Below, piece by piece: positions 25,563-33,886 of a stretch of 44,215 nt of DNA (its first letter is position 1; each line of letters begins with the position of its first letter). This DNA comes from Thermodesulfovibrionales bacterium. Its GTDB lineage: Bacteria > Nitrospirota > Thermodesulfovibrionia > Thermodesulfovibrionales > UBA6898. Made by a program: the position numbers and the translations under genes. Location: contig JBIOIY010000018.1 in assembly GCA_044450345.1 (NCBI GenBank), positions 1 to 44,215 on the forward strand, read 5' to 3'. The notes under the pieces were generated by a model that was not told the origin of the DNA, did no database searches, and worked only from the letters and a program-made list of their open reading frames with translations.

Positions 25563-27210
25563 GATGGTACTGACAGACTCGGACATGGCTGAATTGAGGG
25601 AGGCCTTCTTTCAGCAGGCAAGGGAGATACTCGATAATCTCAGCGGCTATATCATGGCGATCGAGAAACACCCTGATGAAGACAACTGGAAGTGCCTCAA
25701 GAGGGCCTTTCACACGCTTAAAGGGGACTCGAAGGCCATGGGATTTAACGGTCTCAGCACTTTTGCGCATAAGGTAGAGGACCTGATCGAGGCCATGAAG
25801 GATGGAGAACCCGAAAAGGCCTCCTTCGACCTGCTCCTCGGCTGCGCCGACGCATTCGGGACGTTCATCGACCATATCGCCGGAGGCGGTGAACCGGACA
25901 TATCGGACATTGTGTCAAAGATAGATTCACACGTTCGCTCCAGGGGAACGAATGCCGGAAAGACTGAAAAACCAGTCAGCGTGAAAAATGCAGAGAGGGG
26001 AGCGGCATTATTAAAAATAGAACCGGAACGAGTTGACAGGATAATGAACCTTGTAGGGGAACTGGTCATAGGGCGTTCCATGTTGTCTCAGATAAATTCC
26101 GAGATCGAGATACTCAGCAGGGAGACGATAGCAGCGCGCCTTTACAACCTGAATTCATCTTTTGAAAGTACGCTTTCAGAACTGCAGAAGTCTGTAATGA
26201 AAGTGCGGATGCTTCCGGTTGAAGTCGTTTTCAGGCGCTTCCCGAGGATTGTAAGAGATCTGTCTGCGGAAAAAGGCAAGAGTGTCAGGCTTATGACAGA
26301 AGGGGAAACTACGGAGCTAGACAAAGGCATTGTAGATGTCATCGGGGAACCTATCATGCATATCATCCGAAACGCGGTCGACCACGGCATAGAGACCCCT
26401 GAAGAAAGGGAGTCGTGCGGAAAACCGAGAGAGGGCCTCATCTGTTTAAGGGCATTCCATCAGGGCAACCAGATGGTTATCGAGGCCGAGGATGACGGAA
26501 GAGGCGTTGACATAGACCTGCTCAAGCAAAGAGCAGTCCAGAAAAAAATCATCAACGAAGACGAGGCGAGGAAACTAGGCGTCCATGACGCAGTTAATCT
26601 TATCTTTCACTCAGGGCTCTCCACCGCTGACAGCGTTACCGAGGTTTCCGGCAGAGGGGTAGGGATGAACATAGTGAAAGACGTTGTCGAATCCCTGCGG
26701 GGTGTGATAGACATTGCATCCGAAAAAGGATGCGGAACAAAATTCACGTTTCGTCTGCCCCTTACGCTTGCCATCATAAGGTCCATACTCTTTGTTTACA
26801 AAAAGGAGAGCTTCGCCCTGCCCCTGACATCCGTAATAGAGATTATGCGCGTATTTCCTGAAGATATAGATACGATTGGCGGCAGGCAAGTATTCAGGCA
26901 CAGGAACAGTATGGTCCCCCTGATCTCCATAGACGGAGAAGGGATTTTCAACGAAAAGTCCTTCATAATATTTATTGGCGTCGGCCATCTCAGGGCGGGC
27001 ATCGTAACCGAAAAAATAATCGGCGAAGAAGAGCTGGTGATCAAGGCCCTTGACGAAAGGGCGTCGACCGGCATTGCCTCAGGGGCTTCCATCCTCGGTA
27101 ACGGCAATGTGGTATTGATACTGGACCCCCTTTCCCTGGTCAGGAAATATTCGTCCCGTAGGGAAGACGTCACAATGAATAAAGAGGCCCTGTATGAACA
27201 CGGCAACTGA
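25555..27210 (+). CDS. cheA: Chemotaxis histidine kinase CheA (compact, no evident P2 domain)
   Basis: HPt RAFHTLKG; MNLVGELVI; HIIRNAVDHGIE; DDGRG; SGRGVGM; C-terminal CheW-like domain. Confidence 0.96.
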   Translation: MSEMVLTDSDMAELREAFFQQAREILDNLSGYIMAIEKHPDEDNWKCLKRAFHTLKGDSKAMGFNGLSTFAHKVEDLIEAMKDGEPEKASFDLLLGCADAFGTFIDHIAGGGEPDISDIVSKIDSHVRSRGTNAGKTEKPVSVKNAERGAALLKIEPERVDRIMNLVGELVIGRSMLSQINSEIEILSRETIAARLYNLNSSFESTLSELQKSVMKVRMLPVEVVFRRFPRIVRDLSAEKGKSVRLMTEGETTELDKGIVDVIGEPIMHIIRNAVDHGIETPEERESCGKPREGLICLRAFHQGNQMVIEAEDDGRGVDIDLLKQRAVQKKIINEDEARKLGVHDAVNLIFHSGLSTADSVTEVSGRGVGMNIVKDVVESLRGVIDIASEKGCGTKFTFRLPLTLAIIRSILFVYKKESFALPLTSVIEIMRVFPEDIDTIGGRQVFRHRNSMVPLISIDGEGIFNEKSFIIFIGVGHLRAGIVTEKIIGEEELVIKALDERASTGIASGASILGNGNVVLILDPLSLVRKYSSRREDVTMNKEALYEHGN

Positions 27211-28291
27211 GAGGATAAGGGTCCTTGTTGTTGACGATTCGGCGCTGATGAGGAAAATGATACCCATGATCATATCCTCAGATGACAGAATCCAGGTGGT
27301 CGGGACCGCAATGGATGGTGAATTTGCCCTGAAAAAAATCCGGGATTTACATCCCGATGTCATAACACTCGATATTGATATGCCGAGGATGGACGGGTTG
27401 GCGGCCCTTAGATTGATTGTCAGGGATTTCGGAGTACCCGTGATAATTGTCAGTTCGCTTACAAAAGAAGGCGCCGAGACCACGCTGAAGGGGCTTGAAA
27501 TCGGGGCGTTTGATTTCCTGCCTAAACCAAAAGACGCGATTTCGGTCCATATCTCGGAGATATCACATGAACTCATCGAAAAAATAAAGGCGGCTTCCCG
27601 CTGCCGCAGACCGAAATTCAGAGAGCCTCAGACGGTAAGGCTGAAACAACCGCTGTCGCCGCTCATGCCTTTACGGAATTTTTCAGCCGAGACTGTGGTA
27701 GCCATAGGGGTATCGACCGGAGGGCCTCAGGCTCTTGCTGAGATACTGCCGGCTATCCCGGGAGATTTTCCTGCGGGAATAGTGATAGTGCAGCATATGC
27801 CCGAGGGGTTTACCGACCTTTTTGCCAAACGTCTCGACAGCATGTGCAATATAAGAGTCAAGGAGGCCTGCAACGGCGATATCATCGGCCCCGGCAATGC
27901 CTTTATTGCGCCGGGAGGAAAGCACCTCAAGGTAAAAAAAACGACTTTCGGTCTTGTTACCGTTCTCAGTCAGTCCCCCCCGGTATCCGGCCACAGGCCG
28001 TCAGCAACCGTCCTCTTCACCTCTGTTGCTGAAGAGCTCGGCAGCGGCGCCATAGGAGTAATAATGACCGGTATGGGCGATGATGGGGTCGAAGGTCTTG
28101 CGAGGATAAAGGAGAATGGAGGTGTAACTCTAGCGCAGGACGAGGAGACGTCCGTTATATACGGCATGCCGAAAGTGGCGGCTGAAAAAGGGTATGCCGA
28201 CATGGTCCTGGGACTTTACGAAATAGTTCCGAGACTTGTAAACATCATTGATATTAACGGTCTAAAAACCGGGATTTCGTTGAAGTGCTAG
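27194..28291 (+). CDS. cheB: Chemotaxis response regulator methylesterase CheB
   Basis: REC domain plus GVSTGGP, VQHMP, HRPS, MTGMGDDG, YGMPK. Confidence 0.96.
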   Translation: MNTATERIRVLVVDDSALMRKMIPMIISSDDRIQVVGTAMDGEFALKKIRDLHPDVITLDIDMPRMDGLAALRLIVRDFGVPVIIVSSLTKEGAETTLKGLEIGAFDFLPKPKDAISVHISEISHELIEKIKAASRCRRPKFREPQTVRLKQPLSPLMPLRNFSAETVVAIGVSTGGPQALAEILPAIPGDFPAGIVIVQHMPEGFTDLFAKRLDSMCNIRVKEACNGDIIGPGNAFIAPGGKHLKVKKTTFGLVTVLSQSPPVSGHRPSATVLFTSVAEELGSGAIGVIMTGMGDDGVEGLARIKENGGVTLAQDEETSVIYGMPKVAAEKGYADMVLGLYEIVPRLVNIIDINGLKTGISLKC

Positions 28292-28320
28292 ATGTCCCGT
28301 TCTCTTTTCAGGAGGAAGAT

Positions 28321-28686
28321 ATGGCGAAATTTATGATAGTGGATGATTCCCTGTTCCAAAGAAAAAACCTTGGGAAATTTGTAAAACAGCTGGGGTCGGA
28401 GGTAGTCGGCGAAGCCTCAAACGGTAAGGATGCGATAGAGATGTACCGGCATCTGAACCCGGACGTTGTGTTCATGGACCTCGTGATGCCGGAAATGGAA
28501 GGAATTGATGCTGTAGAGAAGTTGATCGAGATCGACAAAAATGCAAAAATAATCGTAGTAAGTTCTCTCGGCTACAGTGAGATCATCGACAAGGCCCTGT
28601 CACTGGGGGCCAAACAATTCATTACAAAACCGGTCAATTTTGATGAGTCAGCCGATATGGTAAGGGCTGTGCTGGAGGAAAGATGA
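28321..28686 (+). CDS. cheY: CheY-like single-domain response regulator
   Basis: IVDDS.F.R, VVGEA.NG, MDLVMPEMEG, FITKP; AGGAGG RBS. Confidence 0.85.
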   Translation: MAKFMIVDDSLFQRKNLGKFVKQLGSEVVGEASNGKDAIEMYRHLNPDVVFMDLVMPEMEGIDAVEKLIEIDKNAKIIVVSSLGYSEIIDKALSLGAKQFITKPVNFDESADMVRAVLEER

Positions 28687-29051
28687 AAAAGATACTATTT
28701 GCCGACGATTCATCAATAATGCGGCTTTTCGCAAGAATGTCCACCAAGAGCATGCATGAAATCAGCTTGACAGAGGCGCAGGACGGGCTGGATGCACTCG
28801 AAAAAATCGGGAAAGAGATGTTCGATCTGATAATAACGGACATTAATATGCCCAATATGGACGGTCTGCAGCTGATACGGCATGTCAGGATGATGGGACT
28901 GAGAATTCCTATAATAATCCTTACGACCCTCGGAGAGGAACGGGACGTTGCAATGGGAATGAACCTCGGCGCCAACGATTATGTTACCAAGCCCATATCA
29001 GCGTACAAGTTGACGCATATAATCTCCAATTTTATGAATGTTCAGGCCTGA
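28683..29051 (+). CDS. Second single-domain response regulator (CheY-like)
   Basis: ADDS..MR, ITDINMPNMDG, LTT, GANDYVTKP. Confidence 0.88.
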   Translation: MKKILFADDSSIMRLFARMSTKSMHEISLTEAQDGLDALEKIGKEMFDLIITDINMPNMDGLQLIRHVRMMGLRIPIIILTTLGEERDVAMGMNLGANDYVTKPISAYKLTHIISNFMNVQA

Positions 29052-29101
29052 CCGCCCGGCCCTTGAGCGCGTGGCCTGAAGATGAAAGGAAGTCCTGCTT
29101 T

Positions 29102-31171
29102 ATGGAAAACGAAACTGGAGACAAGATGATCTCGCATAATGATCTTCGGAGGTATATAACTGCTTTCGATGCTTCCTTTGACGGCATCGCTGTTATCGAC
29201 AGGGACAGGAGAATACTGTATTCGAATTGTGCCAACGCAACAGCATACGGATATGCCAGTAAATACGAACTTATCGGGAAAAGCTGGCATGCCCTTTGTT
29301 CCGAGAAGGAAATGAAGAGGTTTGAAGATGAAATTATTCCGCTCGCATGGAAAAACGGACGGTGGCGCGGCGAGTCTGTCGGCAAGAGACGGGATGGGAC
29401 CAAGTTCCACCATGAGATTTCTCTTGCGACCCTCGAAGGCCTGAGACTCGTTGTTGTCGTCAGGGACCTCACGGAACACAAGAAAACCATGGACGACCTT
29501 TTTTCACTGAAACTGGCGGTCGAAAACATGCAGATAGGGGTCACGATCACCGACAGACACAGGAAGATTCTCTATGTTAATCCCAGCGAAGCTGAGATGC
29601 ACGGCTACAGCGTTGAGGAGCTGATAGGCAAAGACTCCACGATCTTCGCCCCACCGGACAAATGGAAGCACATAGAGGCAGCTGAGTTGACAAGACATTT
29701 CATAAGGGAGAGCGTCAATATCAGAAAAGACAGGAGCCTTTTCCCCGTGCAGCTTATGTCCGATTTTATCACCGACGCTGACGGGCATATTGTAACCATT
29801 GTTACGACGTGCGAGGAAATAACCGAACGCAAAAAGTCCGAAGAGATGATAAAGCATAAAGCTTATTACGACGACCTGACCGACCTTCCCAACCGCATGT
29901 TTTTCAATGAATGTCTGGAGCAGGCCATTTCAGAGGCAAAGAAAAAAAATAAGCTGATAGCGGTAATGTTCCTGGACCTCGACCGCTTCAATTCCATTAA
30001 CGACTCGATTGACCACGATACGGGAGACCTCCTCATATATAATGTGGCTCAGAGACTTCAGTGCTGCGTGCGGAACAAGGACATTGTATCGAGGCTCGGC
30101 GGAGATGAATTTTTAATAATGTCACCGGACTTGAAAACCGATCAGGATGCAGTAATCCTTGCTCAAAAAATCTTAAGAGTGATGTCGCAGGCCTTTATGC
30201 TTAACGGCCATGAACTATATGTTACCGCCAGCATAGGGATAAGCATTTATCCCAAAAACGGAGACAATGTTTCGACGCTGATAAAGAATGCCGACACAGC
30301 GATGTATTATGTCAAGTCACACGGGAGGAACAATTATTATTTATATGCACCGTCAATGAACTCCAAAAAAATGGAGCATCTAACATTGGAAAACAACCTG
30401 CACAAGGCCCTGAAACAGAAAGAACTGCTGCTTCACTTTCAGCCGCAATATGACCTCATCACAGGCAGAACTGTCGGCGTAGAAGCTCTGATGCGCTGGC
30501 AGCATCCCGATCGCGGACTGATCCCTCCTGTAGAGTTTATTCCCCTTGCGGAAGAAACAGGCCTCATTGTCCCGATCGGTAAATGGTTGTTACACAATGC
30601 GTGCGAACAACTCATAAATTGGCGAAAAGAAGGTTTTTGTTTACAACGTATTGCGATCAATATGTCGATGCGCCAGTTCAAGTTAGCGAACCTGCTCGAA
30701 ACCATCAGCAAGACACTTGAAAGAACGGGCCTTGCTCCCAACTCGCTGGAATTGGAACTTACGGAAAGTATAATTATGCAAGACCCTGAGATTACGGTAG
30801 CAACCTTGCGCGAATTGAGTTCAATGGGGCTCTATCTTTCCATCGATGATTTCGGCACAGGATATTCATCGTTAAATTATCTCAAGTACTTTCCCATAAA
30901 CAAGCTTAAGATTGCCCCCAATTTTACAGGCGGGATCGGAAAGGACCCAAACGATGAGGCTCTTTGCAACGCGATTATAACGCTGGCACACAGTCTAAAC
31001 CTGAAGGTGATTGCCGAAGGAGTGGAAACTACGGAACAACTTGAGTTTTTGCGTTTACATGAATGCGATGAAGTGCAAGGCTATCTGTTCAGCAAGCCGC
31101 TGTCGGCAGCAGAGATTTGCCAGTTACTGGCTAGAGAGAATTGCGGGAAGACGCGTTCGCTACAAACATGA
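29102..31171 (+). CDS. PAS-PAS-GGDEF-EAL diguanylate cyclase/phosphodiesterase
   Basis: Two PAS domains; YDDLTDLPNR, FLDLDRF, RLGGDEF; VEALMRW, ELTES, IDDFGTGYSSL, AEGVET, QGYLFSKP (alternative start at 29126). Confidence 0.95.
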   Translation: MENETGDKMISHNDLRRYITAFDASFDGIAVIDRDRRILYSNCANATAYGYASKYELIGKSWHALCSEKEMKRFEDEIIPLAWKNGRWRGESVGKRRDGTKFHHEISLATLEGLRLVVVVRDLTEHKKTMDDLFSLKLAVENMQIGVTITDRHRKILYVNPSEAEMHGYSVEELIGKDSTIFAPPDKWKHIEAAELTRHFIRESVNIRKDRSLFPVQLMSDFITDADGHIVTIVTTCEEITERKKSEEMIKHKAYYDDLTDLPNRMFFNECLEQAISEAKKKNKLIAVMFLDLDRFNSINDSIDHDTGDLLIYNVAQRLQCCVRNKDIVSRLGGDEFLIMSPDLKTDQDAVILAQKILRVMSQAFMLNGHELYVTASIGISIYPKNGDNVSTLIKNADTAMYYVKSHGRNNYYLYAPSMNSKKMEHLTLENNLHKALKQKELLLHFQPQYDLITGRTVGVEALMRWQHPDRGLIPPVEFIPLAEETGLIVPIGKWLLHNACEQLINWRKEGFCLQRIAINMSMRQFKLANLLETISKTLERTGLAPNSLELELTESIIMQDPEITVATLRELSSMGLYLSIDDFGTGYSSLNYLKYFPINKLKIAPNFTGGIGKDPNDEALCNAIITLAHSLNLKVIAEGVETTEQLEFLRLHECDEVQGYLFSKPLSAAEICQLLARENCGKTRSLQT

Positions 31172-31269
31172 CGATACGTTATTTATTCCCTTGTTCGTTT
31201 CCCAGGCTTGTAATATAATCAGGTTAATGTTATTTTGCCAGACATACTTATTATAAGGGAGGATTTGGA

Positions 31270-31581
31270 ATGTCTATGTCGAAGCTCAACTGTTGGGACT
31301 TTATGAAATGTGGACGACAGCCTGGAGGGAGTCATGTCTCTGATTTGGGTATCTGCCCGGCGACACAAGAAACGCGCTTAGACAGTGTTCATGGAGGCCT
31401 CAATGCAGGAAGGAGTTGCTGGGTTCTCACGGGTACACTCTGCAAAGGGGAAGTGCAGGGGACTTTTGCCAGGAAATTCAAGAGCTGCCAGATATGCGAT
31501 TTTTACCAGACGGTGAAAAACGAAGAATCCCACAACTTCCAGCTATCTGCCGTGCTCATGAAAAAGATAGCAGATAGGTAG
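31270..31581 (+). CDS. Cys-rich two-CW-domain protein
   Basis: NCWDFMKCGR..GG...CPA...GRSCW..GTLC.G...CQICDFY; GGAGG RBS. Confidence 0.8.
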   Translation: MSMSKLNCWDFMKCGRQPGGSHVSDLGICPATQETRLDSVHGGLNAGRSCWVLTGTLCKGEVQGTFARKFKSCQICDFYQTVKNEESHNFQLSAVLMKKIADR

Positions 31582-31641
31582 AAAATTCGGAAATCGCCAT
31601 AATGTGCAAACTATTTTATATTTTTTCGCAAGGGGGTCAAT

Positions 31642-32001
31642 ATGTCATATTCTGACTTTCACGTTTACAGTCTTAAGCATAGTATGTGGAAGGCAAAGCT
31701 GAGGGGCTTTCTCGAAGGGAAACAAAGCTTAACCAGGGAAAAGGCGCTCTCCCACAAGGACTGCGATTTGGGGAAGTGGCTTTATTCCGAGGGGCTGAAA
31801 AAATACGAAAAAATTCCCGGTATGCAGAAGCTGGAGAAGGTGCATGAGGATCTTCACGCAACGGTCAGAAAGATCATTTCTCTGAAAGAATCAGGAGACC
31901 CCACAGCAGCTGAAGTGGAGTACATGAAAATAGGGCCCATCTCGGACGAACTCGTCTCTTTGCTCTCTGAAATAGCCGGAAAGGTCAAATCTATGGGGTG
32001 A
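31642..32001 (+). CDS. Stand-alone CZB (chemoreceptor zinc-binding) domain protein
   Basis: KHSMWK, DCDLGKWLY, HEDLH: the complete 3His-1Cys set; no signal peptide. Confidence 0.9.
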   Translation: MSYSDFHVYSLKHSMWKAKLRGFLEGKQSLTREKALSHKDCDLGKWLYSEGLKKYEKIPGMQKLEKVHEDLHATVRKIISLKESGDPTAAEVEYMKIGPISDELVSLLSEIAGKVKSMG

Positions 32002-32269
32002 TTATGCTCCGTCGCTTTTTGGGATCTCGTAGATAGCATGTTACGACCAGTATTTCACGCCGAAGAAATAGGACCGATTGCAGGGTGATCTAACGAGGTC
32101 ACACCGTCGATGTCGCCGGGGTCAGCATAATGCAGACCGTACTTCTCAGTTATGACAAATTGAAACTCGCTTTTAGTCCTGTGAGAAGCCCTTTACGCTG
32201 CTCGATCGCCTCCTATTGATCTTGAGAGCGAGGCAGTCAACTCCGAAGCGGTTGTCGATATAACGAAGT

Positions 32270-33886
32270 CTACTGGGTCAGTCCCTTTTCCGGCGGGGAC
32301 TTTAATGCAGACGCATCCCATCCGCCTCCCACGGCCTTAATGAGCAGCACACCTGCGTTCATCCTGCGGCCCGAAATATCGACCGCTGTCCTCTCATTAC
32401 TCAGTTTCGTGGTCTGTGCGACTATCACATTCAGGTAGCTGACAGTCCCTGCCTTGTATTGGTTCATCGTGATCTCTAAAGATCTCCGCGAGGCATTCAC
32501 CGCCTCCTCCTGGACCCGGGCCTCTTCCTCGAGTATACGAAGAGCGGCAAGATTATCTTCCACCTCCTGAAATGCAGTAAGTACGGTTTCACGATAGGAT
32601 GCAACTGTGGCGTCATAGTTTGCACGCGCCTCTTCTGTCAGCGCCTTTCTCAACCCTGCGTCAAACACGGTCTCTGCGATAGCGGACCCGATCGACCACA
32701 AGCGGTTCGGCCATGACAACCAGTTTGTCAGGCTGGATCCTTCAAATCCGCCGGATGCCGTAAGCGTAAGTGTTGGATAATACGCGGCCTCTGCTACTCC
32801 GATCTGCGCATTAGCAGATGCTACGAGACGCTCGGATGCCGCAATATCCGGTCTTCTCTCCAACAACTCCGAGGGAACTCCCACCGGTATAGGCGGCGGC
32901 ACCGCAGCAAGAGGAGTAATCGCACTCGAAAAATCAGACGCGGATTTCCCTATAAGAAGGGCTATTGCATGTTCCGTTTGCGAACGCTGTACACCCACAT
33001 CGATCGCCTGCGCCTGGGTAGTTTTGAGTTGGGTTTCCGCCTGGAGCACATCCGCCCTTGAAGCAACGCCGCCGGCGTAACGGTTATTCGTCAATTCCAG
33101 AGCTTTTTGGTAGGCGATGACCGTCTCATCGAGAAGCCGCTTCTGCGCATCCAACGTATGAAGCTGAAAATAGTCCTGCGCCAGAGTCGCCTGGATGCTG
33201 AGGCGGACCGCTTCGAGATCTGTCGCGCTTGCCTGTGCTCCCGCTTCACTGGCCTCGACCGTGCGGCGTATCTTTCCCCAGAGGTCCGGTTCCCATGTCG
33301 CACCGCCGGTCAAAAGGAAGTCAGACGAAGTGCTCCCGGATCTTAATGTGCCGCCTGCTCCTGTGGGCCGACGCGAACGGGTAAAGGAGGCGTCCGCAGT
33401 TACCGTCGGGAAATAACCGGACCGGGCAGCCCGGACCGCAGCGAGGGCCTGACGATACTGCGCCTCGGCCGCTGCCACATTCTGGTTGGAGATGCTGACC
33501 TTCTCCTCCAGCGCGTTCAACTGAGAATCATTGAATATCTCCCACCACTTTCCCTTTATCACATCATCGCCCGGTTGTGCCTTTTTCCATCCTTGCGGTT
33601 CCTTGTATGCGTCAGGGGTTTCGCTCTGCGGCCTCACATAATTCGGGCCGACCGAACAGGCGGTCAAAAGCATAAGCGACCCTGTAATGGTTGAGAGCGT
33701 AAACGCGCGTAGCGCAGAACGTATCCGGCCGTTAATATTGATGCACTCACAAAAAGTCCTAGAATACCTTGAAACCGTCATTCCGGCTTGTCCGGAATCC
33801 TTCTTGGCCAATGCGTTACAATAACAGCCGATTCCGGACAAGCCGTAATGACGACTTTTTAAGAACTTGTCACTACTGTGCAACAT
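32270..33886 (-). CDS. RND efflux outer-membrane factor lipoprotein (NodT/OprM family)
   Basis: LTAC-SVGPNY.RP lipobox, WW..FND..L, WEPDLWG, PSELLERRPDI, GGGW; ATG 33886 overlaps the upstream stop (TGATG). Confidence 0.92.
   Translation of the reverse strand: MLHSSDKFLKSRHYGLSGIGCYCNALAKKDSGQAGMTVSRYSRTFCECININGRIRSALRAFTLSTITGSLMLLTACSVGPNYVRPQSETPDAYKEPQGWKKAQPGDDVIKGKWWEIFNDSQLNALEEKVSISNQNVAAAEAQYRQALAAVRAARSGYFPTVTADASFTRSRRPTGAGGTLRSGSTSSDFLLTGGATWEPDLWGKIRRTVEASEAGAQASATDLEAVRLSIQATLAQDYFQLHTLDAQKRLLDETVIAYQKALELTNNRYAGGVASRADVLQAETQLKTTQAQAIDVGVQRSQTEHAIALLIGKSASDFSSAITPLAAVPPPIPVGVPSELLERRPDIAASERLVASANAQIGVAEAAYYPTLTLTASGGFEGSSLTNWLSWPNRLWSIGSAIAETVFDAGLRKALTEEARANYDATVASYRETVLTAFQEVEDNLAALRILEEEARVQEEAVNASRRSLEITMNQYKAGTVSYLNVIVAQTTKLSNERTAVDISGRRMNAGVLLIKAVGGGWDASALKSPPEKGLTQ
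33739..33872. repeat. REP/MITE-like palindromic element, copy 2, inside the 5' end of the OMF gene
   Basis: GTCATTCCGGCTTGTCCGGAATC...GATTCCGGACAAGCCGTAATGAC (33777-33852) within degenerate outer IRs TGA.....TC..AAAAAGTC / GACTTTTT..GA.....TCA. Confidence 0.75.

Noticed and set aside
32002..32269. Gene remnant or right boundary of the signalling island
   Set aside because: No convincing ORF, inverted repeat or matching IS end could be identified by eye.
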